From: a virus
Lineage: Duplodnaviria > Caudoviricetes
DNA: 58,566 nucleotides
Direction: 5' to 3' (one strand)
Virus record (IMG/VR): IMGVR_UViG_3300038312_000195
Coordinates: 1 to 58,566 of that record
Below the pieces are notes generated by a model, which saw only the letters and a list, made by a program, of their open reading frames with translations, was not told the origin of the DNA and ran no database searches. The position numbers and the translations under genes are program-made. Positions 17,334-26,924 of the stretch are shown in pieces. How positions within the stretch are numbered: the stretch's first letter is position 1; each line of letters opens with the position of its first letter.

Positions 17334-18737
17334 CTAACAAAAGCTAAAATGCAGGCTTATCTCATTATTATCAATTTCAATATAATCTATTAAAGAATTT
17401 ACATATAATCTTTGCTTCGGAAGGTCTCCATTCTCAAAAATGTCTTTTGCTTTAGTAAGTAAATCCTTAGCTTTTGAAACTGTGATTTTGCTATCATCTT
17501 TATCTGCAATTTCTTCCATTAGACCATCCTTTTCACTTTTTAGCTTTGCAATCCTTTCGGTTATTTTTTTAAGCGGAATATCTCCTACCTGGTATAAATC
17601 CATCAATCTTGAAATTTGTTTATCTATTTCCGATGCTCTGTTGAGTAATATTTTATTATTATCTTTAGACCCTGATATATTAACTCCTTTTACTGCACTA
17701 TTAAAATATGATTTATCATACGCCAATTTTAATATCTCATTACGGACGTATGTATCTAACTCGTTGATTTCCCATTTTTTATTTTTACATTTTGGATCTA
17801 TTATTCTCCTTTTATCTGTTTTGCCACGCGAATAACAAACATAATAACCATGGTTACCACAAAATCGGGCACCACAATTTTTGCAGTAGACAATACTTGT
17901 TAAAAGGTTTTTCGCTTTAAAAGGGTTCTTTTGATATACTGTTTTTGAATCTTCTCTCTTTGAACTCTTAAATAGTTTTTGAACTGCTTGAAATGTTTCA
18001 ACATCAATGATTGGCTCATGTATCCCATTATATTCACGTCCTTTAAATTTGACTTTACCTGTATATGTACTATTTCGTAATACAGTAAGAATCAAATTAT
18101 GACTACTCCAATTGCCATATTTGTTTGTATATATGCTGCTCATATGTTTTTGAATTGCAAATATGCTTTGGCCCTCTAAAAAAAGCCGATAGACTTCTTT
18201 CACCTGGAATGCTTCGTATTCATTTAAACACAACTTGCCATCAATATAATCATAACCAGTCGGGGGAGTAGGACCACCATGATAATATCCGTTTTTTGCT
18301 CTTCCTATTCTGCCCATTGTGAACCGTTCCGTTATCTGATCTTTTTCAAGCTGTGCAAATACAGAAAGTATTCCTACCATTGCCCTGCCAAAAGGAGTAC
18401 TGGTGTCAAAATTTTCACTAATGGATATAAAATCAATATTATTTGCAAGGAAAATGTCTTCAATCAGACTAAGCGTATCCTTTTGTGATCTACTTAGCCG
18501 ATCAAGCTTATAAACAATTACCATATCAATAGATTTGCTTTTTATATCACTTAAAAGTTGCTGCAAAGCAGGTCTGTTTAAATTTCCTCCAGAGTATCCT
18601 GCATCAGTATAAAACTTATGCACAGTTAGATCTTTAGCCTTACAATATGCTTTTAACCGTTCTATCTGCTCATCAATACTGTAGTTTTCTATTTGATTAT
18701 CCGTGCTGACCCTAACATAACATCCAGCTCTTTTCAA
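17334..18737 (-). CDS. Large serine recombinase (integrase X)
   Basis: YVRVST, DAGYSG..RPALQ, KLDRLSR, Zn ribbon CKNCG, coiled coil. Confidence 0.95.
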   Translation of the reverse strand: MKRAGCYVRVSTDNQIENYSIDEQIERLKAYCKAKDLTVHKFYTDAGYSGGNLNRPALQQLLSDIKSKSIDMVIVYKLDRLSRSQKDTLSLIEDIFLANNIDFISISENFDTSTPFGRAMVGILSVFAQLEKDQITERFTMGRIGRAKNGYYHGGPTPPTGYDYIDGKLCLNEYEAFQVKEVYRLFLEGQSIFAIQKHMSSIYTNKYGNWSSHNLILTVLRNSTYTGKVKFKGREYNGIHEPIIDVETFQAVQKLFKSSKREDSKTVYQKNPFKAKNLLTSIVYCKNCGARFCGNHGYYVCYSRGKTDKRRIIDPKCKNKKWEINELDTYVRNEILKLAYDKSYFNSAVKGVNISGSKDNNKILLNRASEIDKQISRLMDLYQVGDIPLKKITERIAKLKSEKDGLMEEIADKDDSKITVSKAKDLLTKAKDIFENGDLPKQRLYVNSLIDYIEIDNNEISLHFSFC

Positions 18738-18761
18738 ATATCTCTCTCCTTTAAAAATATC

Positions 18762-19343
18762 TTAATCGGGTTCATAATTTACAGGATACCCGTCTTTATT
18801 TATTAATGAAAATAAAGGTTCCCACATCTGTTTTTCTTCTCTATACAGCGTGTTTCTGTTTATATAATATATTTTATTATGTGCAGCGCTTTTGGAAACT
18901 AAATAAGTGCTGCAAATTTCATCAACAGTCATTTTTTTATTTAATATCGGGGCAGTAGGCATAAGGAGCTCATCAGCAAAGATATTTGCTTCGTATTCAT
19001 GATTTATATCTATGATGTATGTACTATTGTTATATATTTCAAAGTGTTTCAGAGCAATGTGACCTAATTCATGAGCTATTGTAAATCTAATTCTTGTAAA
19101 ATATTTTTCATTCGTTTTTTCATCTAAATACATTCTATATTTATTTTTTTTCTTATTACGGCAAGTAAATCCTGGTAATCCATATAAGTCAACAATCTGC
19201 CATGTAATACTTTCATCCATTTTACACATAATATTTGATAAATTTATTTCTTTGTTTGGTTTTATATTGAGCTTTTTAAATAAATTTGTGACTTGTTTCC
19301 TTATCTGATAATCACGATTGCTTTCAAAGTGCTCATAAAACAA
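18762..19343 (-). CDS. immA: ImmA/IrrE-family metallopeptidase (anti-repressor)
   Basis: RFTIAHELGH and EANIFADELLMP motifs; adjacent to integrase. Confidence 0.9.
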   Translation of the reverse strand: MFYEHFESNRDYQIRKQVTNLFKKLNIKPNKEINLSNIMCKMDESITWQIVDLYGLPGFTCRNKKKNKYRMYLDEKTNEKYFTRIRFTIAHELGHIALKHFEIYNNSTYIIDINHEYEANIFADELLMPTAPILNKKMTVDEICSTYLVSKSAAHNKIYYINRNTLYREEKQMWEPLFSLINKDGYPVNYEPD

Positions 19344-19376
19344 AACGCTGCCCTCCTGAAGTAAATTATATTTACA

Positions 19377-19420
19377 TTATAATACAACATGCCGGGCAAA
19401 TCAAGAACAATTGTTCTTGA
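19377..19420 (-). promoter_or_regulatory. immA promoter with perfect SOS box
   Basis: - strand TTGATT-17 bp-TATAAT; palindrome TCAAGAACAATTGTTCTTGA (GAAC-N4-GTTC) overlapping the -35. Confidence 0.75.
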
Positions 19421-19521
19421 TTTATAAAACAGTTTTTTCATTATTATATTTATTTAACATAACATTATTTAACAAAAAAGATGTAGGCTATATGCGCTTA
19501 AAGTAAAAGTACTGCAATTGT

Positions 19522-20331
19522 CTAAATCTTATTTAATTTTTCATCTTTTTCATATATCCAATCTGAAATGAAATCTAAATCTTCTGCGAACTGTAATATA
19601 TCAATCGTGAAATCGTCAATTCCATCTTCTTTTTCTGATTTTATGTAAGCATTAAGAACAGAAATAGCTTTTTTGCTAATTTGCTTGATTTCTTCATCTA
19701 TGGTTCTAAAACAACCATTATAATAATGTGTAGTTTGAATTACCTCTAATTTCCTATAGCATTCCTTAAGAATTGTTATCTTTTCCTCTAAGTCTTCAAT
19801 CTTTGATATTGTTTTATACAAATCATGATACTCTTTGAGAATGATTTCACATAATTGAACTTTTCGTTGATATTCATCAGGGTTATTTATTTTTTGCTCT
19901 TCTATTTTTTTTTGTCTTTCTTCGTCTTGAAAATTGAAGCTTATTTGTTTATCTAATAAATTTTGAATTTGATTTACTGTTTGAGATGTCGAAGCGTCAT
20001 AAGTATTGTTTTTAAAATTTTTCTTTTGAAATAATAGTGCTCCTAATCCGGTTAGAATAAGTGCTATAACTGAACCTACACCAAACCCTCCCCAATTTCT
20101 ATCATCAAATAATAGTGTAAAAGAAGTGTAGAGGAAAAAAGCTGATATAATCCATAATACCACCGAACTGGAAGGTATCCTTATATTTTTAACACAGATT
20201 ACTGTTTTTCTTAGTTGCCCGCATTTTTCACAAATTTCAGGTTCATCTGTAAATGCCAACTTCAAAATATCATAGTTTTTCTTTTCTTTTTCATTGAAAC
20301 ATTTCATACAGTAAGACATAGGTATCTCCAC
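19522..20331 (-). CDS. Membrane protein of immunity region
   Basis: Cys-rich N-terminus, two hydrophobic helices; C-terminus homologous to 55746..56396. Confidence 0.75.
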   Translation of the reverse strand: MEIPMSYCMKCFNEKEKKNYDILKLAFTDEPEICEKCGQLRKTVICVKNIRIPSSSVVLWIISAFFLYTSFTLLFDDRNWGGFGVGSVIALILTGLGALLFQKKNFKNNTYDASTSQTVNQIQNLLDKQISFNFQDEERQKKIEEQKINNPDEYQRKVQLCEIILKEYHDLYKTISKIEDLEEKITILKECYRKLEVIQTTHYYNGCFRTIDEEIKQISKKAISVLNAYIKSEKEDGIDDFTIDILQFAEDLDFISDWIYEKDEKLNKI

Positions 20332-20353
20332 ATTTTCCGAAGCATTTTATTAT

Positions 20354-20683
20354 TTAGTCTTCATCAACGAATTCTTGAACCAGTTTCTTTATAATCTCCC
20401 ATTGCTTGTTTGTTAGTTTTGCTACACTACGCATCAAAACCTGTGCTTCAGGAGGAAATTCATCTGCGCTGTTGTTAGAATTGCGAACATTGGTGCGACC
20501 AAGCAAGTAATCTACAGAAACATCAAAATATATAGCAAGCTTGTCAAGCATGACTGAATCAGGCTTACTTTTTCCTGATTCGTATTTTGTATATGTAGTC
20601 CTATCAATTTCAATAACATCGGCAACATCTTGCTGTGTCATTTTCTTTTCATTTCTAAGGTTTCTTAACCTTTCGGGTATCAT
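20354..20683 (-). CDS. CI/ImmR-like XRE repressor (phage X)
   Basis: HTH_XRE pattern, FDVSVDYLLGRT; divergent from cro-like gene. Confidence 0.9.
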   Translation of the reverse strand: MIPERLRNLRNEKKMTQQDVADVIEIDRTTYTKYESGKSKPDSVMLDKLAIYFDVSVDYLLGRTNVRNSNNSADEFPPEAQVLMRSVAKLTNKQWEIIKKLVQEFVDED

Positions 20684-20707
20684 TATACCACCTCTAATAT
20701 AGTATAT

Positions 20708-20803
20708 GTGAAATTAATTCACAAGTAAATGTGAAATATTTGAACAAAACACTTGACAAAGTGAAGAAGCTTCACTTATAATTAAAACGTGAAGTAACTT
20801 CAC
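20708..20803. promoter_or_regulatory. Lysis/lysogeny switch X: GTGAA-N5-TTCAC operators and promoter
   Basis: Operators at 20708, 20761, 20789 (degenerate 20731); TTGACA 20753, TATAAT 20777. Confidence 0.85.
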
Positions 20804-20826
20804 CTTGACTTGGAGGTGTTAAACAA

Positions 20827-21027
20827 GTGAATTGGTTTAAAAAAATACGGGAATCAAAGGGATATACACAAGAACAGCTGGCTACGGTAATAGGCGTTGA
20901 CAGAAGTTTGATCAGCAAGATAGAAAACGGAAGTGCAAGACCTTCACCTGAGAAAGCAAAAAAGTTTGCTGAGTTATTAGGGTTCAAATGGACTCGCTTT
21001 TTTGAACCAAACCAAGAAGCAAGTTAA
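20827..21027 (+). CDS. Cro-like HTH protein (phage X)
   Basis: 66-aa XRE HTH divergent from repressor. Confidence 0.9.
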   Translation: MNWFKKIRESKGYTQEQLATVIGVDRSLISKIENGSARPSPEKAKKFAELLGFKWTRFFEPNQEAS

Positions 21028-21143
21028 TTTTGTTAGGCACTCTTTTTATATATACTCATCTGCAGCCAACGCAGCTTATTACGTCAGCTGCAGAAAACTT
21101 TTTAATTTCCTCGCATATAGTGTATTGATTGGGGGTTGATATT

Positions 21144-21299
21144 GTGAAAAAATCAACTGCAAAAAAAGAAACAGAAAAAACAATACCCGTGTTTAGGTAC
21201 TTTTTAAGCAATGGTAAGGAAATCAAATCACTTGATGATTTGGTTATACCTGTAACTGAAAAAACAGAAACAGCATATCGGATTCTTGCCGAGGCCTAA
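21144..21299 (+). CDS. Small hypothetical protein (not in track)
   Basis: GTG start after G-rich RBS; VKKSTAKK...AYRILAEA. Confidence 0.55.
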   Translation: MKKSTAKKETEKTIPVFRYFLSNGKEIKSLDDLVIPVTEKTETAYRILAEA

Positions 21300-21349
21300 T
21301 AATTTTTTTAATTGAGTTGTGTACAAGCTAAAACGAAAGGGATGATAGC

Positions 21350-21805
21350 ATGACTATTATTACAGAAACAGCAACCGAAAAATGCAAAAGAATGTCTATA
21401 AAAGAGTTTAAAGAAAAGTGTCTTCGGTTTGTCAGAGTTGCAGAGTATATGGAGCTGGTTGATTCATGGGAGAAGCATGTTATATACAATGAATTTAAGT
21501 CCTATAATTCATGTTCTCATGGACTCTCCTCATATCAAGGTAACATCTACTTTGTTGACAGTCTCAATTATCAAAAAACTCCACCAATTGGGATGTATTT
21601 ATTTTCATACAATGAAATCTATAGGGAAGATCATTCAGCATCCTTTCGTTGTAAACATGGTACTTTGTATGAAGAATCCATACTAGCCATATCAAAGTTT
21701 TTTACCTGTTTTAGTAAAAACAAAAATCATTACATTGAATGTATTCTTGAAAGCTACCACACAGAAAGAAATGAGCGAGAGCTGCCCGGAACAGCCCGGA
21801 GTTGA
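21350..21805 (+). CDS. Hypothetical protein
   Basis: 151-aa ORF with RBS; absent from the equivalent position in phage Y. Confidence 0.6.
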   Translation: MTIITETATEKCKRMSIKEFKEKCLRFVRVAEYMELVDSWEKHVIYNEFKSYNSCSHGLSSYQGNIYFVDSLNYQKTPPIGMYLFSYNEIYREDHSASFRCKHGTLYEESILAISKFFTCFSKNKNHYIECILESYHTERNERELPGTARS

Positions 21806-21861
21806 AATGCAGGTCGAATTATTTTATATATAAATCATACATGCAAGGGGGTGAAATATCC

Positions 21862-22296
21862 ATGAAGAGTATTTGCAGGAATATCTATTCATTAGCTAGG
21901 AAATCAGCAGGATTAACTCAAGAACAAGCAGCAGAACTGCTTAGCATCAGTGTGAGATCACTTGCCGACTATGAGTCAGGCAAGACAATACCTCATGATG
22001 ACATAGTATGCAACATGATAGTTAATTACAATTCTTTAGCTTTAGCGTATTTGCATCTAAAAAACAGCACAGAAGTAGGTAGAAAGTATTTGCCAGAAAT
22101 AAACACAACAGGCTTGGCTCAATCGGTTTTACGGCTACATAAAGAAATTGATGATTTAAAGACAGTTAATTCAGACATGCTTGAGATTGCTTGTGATAAC
22201 AAAGTAGATCATCATGAAACAAAAAAGTGGCAGTATGTAAAAAAAGAAGTAAATGACATCGCCGGGGCAGCATTATCACTTATGTTTACGTCTTAA
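21862..22296 (+). CDS. XRE HTH regulator with CII-like C-terminus
   Basis: ARKSAGLTQEQAAE HTH; close paralog 57621..58055. Confidence 0.85.
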   Translation: MKSICRNIYSLARKSAGLTQEQAAELLSISVRSLADYESGKTIPHDDIVCNMIVNYNSLALAYLHLKNSTEVGRKYLPEINTTGLAQSVLRLHKEIDDLKTVNSDMLEIACDNKVDHHETKKWQYVKKEVNDIAGAALSLMFTS

Positions 22297-22310
22297 CTTT
22301 TACGGAGGAT

Positions 22311-22496
22311 TTGCAAATGATTAAATTGGGTTGTTTATCAAAATCAAAACAGGATATGGTGGACAAGCTGGATGAAAAGATATTTATACTCCAGGGGAAA
22401 TGTCGGAATCACAGAGACACAATCAAACTATCAAAGCTATATCGCAAGAGGAATGAAATTATTACAAGGAGGTATACAAATGAACATTATAAATGA
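22311..22496 (+). CDS. Small hypothetical protein
   Basis: Conserved paralog at 58086..58274. Confidence 0.7.
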   Translation: MQMIKLGCLSKSKQDMVDKLDEKIFILQGKCRNHRDTIKLSKLYRKRNEIITRRYTNEHYK

Positions 22497-23010
22497 GCTC
22501 ACATTAACATTTACAATCGGTTTTATATTTGCTCTCTTTTGCGGAATGCAGTTAGAAAAAAGTATAAAAAAAGCCGGTCTTTTGAACCAGCATACAAAAA
22601 ATCTTTCAAGAAAATATTATCATATCAAAGGAGAGCAGTCAATGAATATTGGTGATATTGTCTATGCTGTTGATCTGTACCGCGGTTCTTACATTGCGGA
22701 AGTAGCCGGATTTAGACGTAGTCCTGCAGAGACAATTCAAGTAAGGATATTAGCGTGCCTATCATATCCAAGGCAATACGCTCAACTTTTTCAAGACAAA
22801 ATTGTTGAAAGATACCCATATCCATATGCATCAATACAATCTTACACAAATGACTGTATTGGTAAGTGGGCTGGTGACGTTCCGGAATATGCACAATCTA
22901 TCAGAAACGCACTAAATACTGCGGTAAAAAAGTGTCAACCGTTGGAGCTGCCAGTTATATTACGCCATTTAAATACGAAAGAGGGTGCTTCTGTATGCGC
23001 TGGATACTAA
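22480..23010 (+). CDS. Hypothetical protein with N-terminal TM helix (possible internal start 22642)
   Basis: RBS AAGGAGG before ATG 22480; paralog begins at 58261. Confidence 0.65.
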   Translation: MNIINELTLTFTIGFIFALFCGMQLEKSIKKAGLLNQHTKNLSRKYYHIKGEQSMNIGDIVYAVDLYRGSYIAEVAGFRRSPAETIQVRILACLSYPRQYAQLFQDKIVERYPYPYASIQSYTNDCIGKWAGDVPEYAQSIRNALNTAVKKCQPLELPVILRHLNTKEGASVCAGY

Positions 23011-23086
23011 AGATTTTAAAGCGAAAAAATGAATTACAGGGTGTTAAAATCCTTGTAAGAATCGGCAAGCGCAGAAAAATACTTTT

Positions 23087-23365
23087 TTGAAAGGGTGTGA
23101 GGCTTTGCTTCCAGTGATGCAATCCTGCATTGATGAGATTAATCGATTTAAGAGAGTAAATGTCGGCATGGAACTGCGGTGCACTTACCTCCTTGGCTCA
23201 AAGCGTAGCGAATCAAACCAAATGAGGGCTATAGATTTTTTGGGACCTGTTGTACAAAAGACTAAGTACCTGATCGTTGTTAAAGACAGAGAGACAAAAA
23301 GAATTAACTGTTTATCACTATTTGATTGCATTTGCCATCAGGGAAAGTACAAAATAATTGAATAA
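23087..23365 (+). CDS. Hypothetical protein
   Basis: ORF in early operon. Confidence 0.55.
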   Translation: MKGCEALLPVMQSCIDEINRFKRVNVGMELRCTYLLGSKRSESNQMRAIDFLGPVVQKTKYLIVVKDRETKRINCLSLFDCICHQGKYKIIE

Positions 23366-23433
23366 AAAAAGAGAGTTTCCGCAACAAGCTTCCACTCCAC
23401 TCAACTAAATCTCCTAATTCCATTAAATCATTT

Positions 23434-24009
23434 TTGAATGATTTTGACAAGGGGTGGAAGTGGTTGAATTCTACATATGAAAATATTTTAAGATTGCTCA
23501 GAGCGTACAAGATAAACAAGGTAAAGGTAAAACTGTACGAAATTGAAGTGGAAGGCATTAATGAAATCTTGGCTTCGGGCGCACTTACCGCAATTGAAGA
23601 TGAAACTGACTGCATCGAGGGCATGAGCCTACAGGCACATAAACTTGATGACAGTCCAAAATATCAAAATAATTTATTCTGGAGCAGTACCGAAAGAGCC
23701 GCCCTTGATTATGTGCGTGAAATGTTTTGGTCAGAAGATAGGAATAAGCTCAAAGAAAAAATTAAGGACATCAAAAGTCGCATCAACATTTTAAATATAG
23801 AGATAAAGCAGGTTGATGCAATGCTTGAAGTTTTAAATCGGGAGCAGAAGTTTGTTGTTGAACAATTTTATATTGAGGGCTATCGCTGGCCTGAGATAGT
23901 GGAGCAGTACACTCTTACATATAATCTTGCATATTCGCTCCAAACGTTTTACGCATGGCGTGATAAAGCTTTGTCCTTGATGGAAAGCATCTTGTTTAAA
24001 ACTGCATAA
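23434..24009 (+). CDS. RinA/ArpU-like transcriptional activator
   Basis: Coiled coil then LNREQKFVVEQFYIEGYRWPEI...RDKAL sigma-region-4-like HTH. Confidence 0.6.
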   Translation: MNDFDKGWKWLNSTYENILRLLRAYKINKVKVKLYEIEVEGINEILASGALTAIEDETDCIEGMSLQAHKLDDSPKYQNNLFWSSTERAALDYVREMFWSEDRNKLKEKIKDIKSRINILNIEIKQVDAMLEVLNREQKFVVEQFYIEGYRWPEIVEQYTLTYNLAYSLQTFYAWRDKALSLMESILFKTA

Positions 24010-24183
24010 ACACTAAACCCAAGGTGCCTGAGCCGATGATTTGGTAACCCAGTTGGTATGAGGTGAGGGCGATAATAATAGATTTTATTTATTTTATAGT
24101 TTGATTGAAAAAAACAGCTTTGCCCAGTAGTTTGTTGCCAGCTGGGGGCTACTGGGAAAGCTTCAACGAAAGGAGCATATCAC

Positions 24184-24339
24184 ATGAATAGATTCAAATG
24201 CCCATCATGTAACGGAAATCAATATACTGCAACAAATAGAGCATGGGACTGCATCTACTGTGATCACAAGGGAGAACTCCCTATGATGGAAACGCTTGAA
24301 CCGGAGGAAAACGAAAATGATAAAACAAACATGGCTTAA
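24184..24339 (+). CDS. Small Zn-ribbon protein (not in track)
   Basis: MNRFKCPSCNG...WDCIYCDH; RBS AAGGAG. Confidence 0.6.
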   Translation: MNRFKCPSCNGNQYTATNRAWDCIYCDHKGELPMMETLEPEENENDKTNMA

Positions 24340-24460
24340 CACACCATGGTACGCTGTGTATCTTACGCATGGCAGAGCTCTTGCCATTGTGTTGGCATTG
24401 ATATTGTTTTTGACTGGTGTTTTTGTAATAGGCTTTGGATTGGGGAGGAAGTACAGATGA
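24317..24460 (+). CDS. Small membrane protein (not in track)
   Basis: MIKQTWL...ALAIVLALILFLTGVFVIGFGLGRKYR; RBS GGAGG; ATGA overlap with next gene. Confidence 0.55.
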   Translation: MIKQTWLNTPWYAVYLTHGRALAIVLALILFLTGVFVIGFGLGRKYR

Positions 24461-25134
24461 AAGCTTGGCAGCACAATGAACTTGCAGAAAATTTAGCGGA
24501 TATAAAGGGAACTAACTATCTTGATGTGCCTTTAGGGAGCGTATGGCTGGAAAAACCACAGAGGGCAGATGTGGTGGAAATCAAACCATCATATACCAGA
24601 TTTTGTGTTTCCATATATGAAATAAAGATATCAAGAGCCGATTTTCTGTCAGACATAAGATCGGAAAAATGGAAAGGGTATCTGGAGCACTGTCATAGGT
24701 TTTACTTTGCTGTACCCTCCGGCATGGTTAAAAAAGAGGAAATACCGAAAGAAGCAGGGTTGATTGTACGAGGAGAAACAGGATGGACTACCGTTAAGGC
24801 TGCAAATAATAGATATGGAGAAATACCTTATACTACTTTGCTGTCCTTATTATTTATGCGGCAAAGAATAAATCACTCTAAGCGTAATCGGGAAGCGATT
24901 GCCGAGTTTCTAACAGTCAGCTACAACCGCCAAAAGATGTATAAGAAGTTAGGTCATGAGGTTGGAAATGCATTGCGTAACTTTGACGAATATAAGCAGA
25001 CGAAAAATAATTTTGAATGTGAAATAGAAAAAGTAAGGAAGTGCATTAAGGATGGGCTTGGTATAGATGCGTGGTGGCCTGTTTGGGAACTAAGTGACTT
25101 AGTTAAAGAGATAAAAGCAAAAGCAGAAGCATAG
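24457..25134 (+). CDS. MmcB-like PD-(D/E)XK nuclease-family protein
   Basis: RADV...YEIKISRADFLSD...KW..Y...CHRFYFAVP motif. Confidence 0.75.
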   Translation: MKAWQHNELAENLADIKGTNYLDVPLGSVWLEKPQRADVVEIKPSYTRFCVSIYEIKISRADFLSDIRSEKWKGYLEHCHRFYFAVPSGMVKKEEIPKEAGLIVRGETGWTTVKAANNRYGEIPYTTLLSLLFMRQRINHSKRNREAIAEFLTVSYNRQKMYKKLGHEVGNALRNFDEYKQTKNNFECEIEKVRKCIKDGLGIDAWWPVWELSDLVKEIKAKAEA

Positions 25135-25148
25135 ATGGAGGGTTAGCA

Positions 25149-26126
25149 ATGGCGCGGGCAAGAAATATAAAACCACGATTTTTTATGAATGAGGATTTGG
25201 CAGAATGTGAACCATTAGCGAGATTACTTTTTGCAGGGTTATGGTGTATCGCCGATCGTGAGGGACGGTTAGAAGATAGACCCAAAAGAATTAAAATTGA
25301 AACACTTCCCTATGATGATTGTGATGTAGATGAATTATTGAATGAGCTGCAGGAACATGGTTTTATTCTTCGCTATGAAGCTTCTGGTAATAATTATATA
25401 CAAATAGTAAACTTTAAAAAACATCAGAATCCGCACATAAAAGAGTCAAAGAGCACGATACCACCACCTAAAAAGGAACAAGCACCATGCAATAATAAAG
25501 TTGCACCATACGAGCACAGTACAAGTATAGTGCAAGCACCAGAAAAGCATGAAACAAGCCCTGCTGATTCCCTTAACCTGATTCCTGATTCCCTTAATAA
25601 TTCTTCGTCCGAACTTTGTCCGGACAAGCCGCTTGAAAATCTTAAAGAAAATTCTGAAATTGATGAAAAGCTTGAAGAGCTTGGTGAGCCTGATAATCCA
25701 AAACCGCCTAAAGACAAAGACAAAATTCCTATTTTCGAGGTGGGGTCACAACAATATAAGCTTGCTTTGCTCATGAGGAGCTGCATTCTTAGGAATTTGC
25801 CTAAAGCAAAAGTTCCGGTCGCATCACCGGAAAAACTAAAACGCTGGGCATATGACATTGATTTGATGATGAGGATAGATTGCAGAAGTCCTGACGAAAT
25901 AAAGCAATTAATTGATTGGTCACAAAAAGACCAGTTTTGGAAAGCTAATATTCTATCTCCGGGAAAGCTACGGACGAAATGGGATACACTTGTTGCGCAT
26001 AGAATGCGTGAAATGGAACGGAACAGGGGTGCACCAAAACAAGCCCCACCACAGGCGACTAATTTTCAGCAGCGGAAATATAGCCAAGAAATGTATGACA
26101 AAATTAAAAAAATTGGAATGGGTTAG
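25149..26126 (+). CDS. Replication initiator (replisome organizer)
   Basis: MARARNIKP.FF, LWCIADREGRL N-terminus; FWKANILSPGKLR C-terminus. Confidence 0.85.
   Translation: MARARNIKPRFFMNEDLAECEPLARLLFAGLWCIADREGRLEDRPKRIKIETLPYDDCDVDELLNELQEHGFILRYEASGNNYIQIVNFKKHQNPHIKESKSTIPPPKKEQAPCNNKVAPYEHSTSIVQAPEKHETSPADSLNLIPDSLNNSSSELCPDKPLENLKENSEIDEKLEELGEPDNPKPPKDKDKIPIFEVGSQQYKLALLMRSCILRNLPKAKVPVASPEKLKRWAYDIDLMMRIDCRSPDEIKQLIDWSQKDQFWKANILSPGKLRTKWDTLVAHRMREMERNRGAPKQAPPQATNFQQRKYSQEMYDKIKKIGMG
25450..25596 (+). repeat. Iteron-like repeats in initiator gene (candidate ori)
   Basis: Clustered GCAC(C) motifs and three CTGATTC(C) copies in a low-complexity linker. Confidence 0.5.
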
Positions 26127-26143
26127 TCAGGAGGAGTGAGTAT

Positions 26144-26374
26144 ATGGCATGCAAATGTGCAAAATTTGATACTGACAATGGTAGGTGGGATTGTTCTGTT
26201 TCAGGTGATAATTGTATGTACCTGATTCCTAATTCAAAGCGGTGTGCTGAGGAATGGGGAGAAGGACCGGATGTAAATTCGAAGCAATTATGTCCGAACT
26301 GCAAACGTTACGATGATTGCCCAAATCCAGAATACCGGGAACCCTCTGGGTATTGTGATGATTACGCAACATAA
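26144..26374 (+). CDS. Cys-rich small protein
   Basis: 76-aa ORF with RBS; stop lies inside site A. Confidence 0.7.
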   Translation: MACKCAKFDTDNGRWDCSVSGDNCMYLIPNSKRCAEEWGEGPDVNSKQLCPNCKRYDDCPNPEYREPSGYCDDYAT

Positions 26375-26402
26375 ATCAAGGGCGAAGGAGTGAAATTTCA
26401 TT

Positions 26403-26801
26403 ATGAATCAAGCTTTAGTTAAAAAGTTAACAAAAGTATGGCAAAAATGCCAAACATCCGATCTTGCCATAATATTTGAAGGTTATATGCAAAGCATTAA
26501 GGCAAGGAAGGTAGACAGACGCAGAAATGATAATAAGCATACCTATACAATAGACGGTAAAAGCACAGGCTGGAATAGGGTGCAATGCTACTATCACACA
26601 GATTCTACAAAGTATTGCGAAGAAAATTTATTATTAGTTTTGAGAAAAAAGGCAGGGGACTATTTTATTATTCAGCGGAAAGAGGAAAGAGCTTTTGAGG
26701 TAGATTATAGTGGCGTAAGGCATTACAATGAAAAATTGTTGAAAGAGATTATGAATGAACACAAACCACTATTTGATACCTTAATAAAGCAGTTTTGCTG
26801 A
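26403..26801 (+). CDS. Hypothetical protein (cassette A-B)
   Basis: 132-aa ORF bounded by sites A and B. Confidence 0.75.
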   Translation: MNQALVKKLTKVWQKCQTSDLAIIFEGYMQSIKARKVDRRRNDNKHTYTIDGKSTGWNRVQCYYHTDSTKYCEENLLLVLRKKAGDYFIIQRKEERAFEVDYSGVRHYNEKLLKEIMNEHKPLFDTLIKQFC

Positions 26802-26924
26802 CTCGCAAAATAAAACGAATGCGAAGGAGTGAGGTTATGAAATATAAACCGGAAGATTACAGTATACAGAACACAATGTTTTATTAATGTGCACCTGCGG
26901 GGTGCAGGAAGAGAGGAATAAAAA

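Noticed and set aside
17157-17393. 78-aa ORF as a host gene fragment at a prophage boundary
   Set aside because: No recognisable protein motif; it overlaps the integrase end and the att palindrome, so it is probably spurious.
26274-26300. Extra cassette site inside ORF 26144..26374, and similar partial matches at 17082-17104 and 51719-51738
   Set aside because: Arm spacing does not fit the 12-bp geometry or one arm is missing; cannot be supported by eye.
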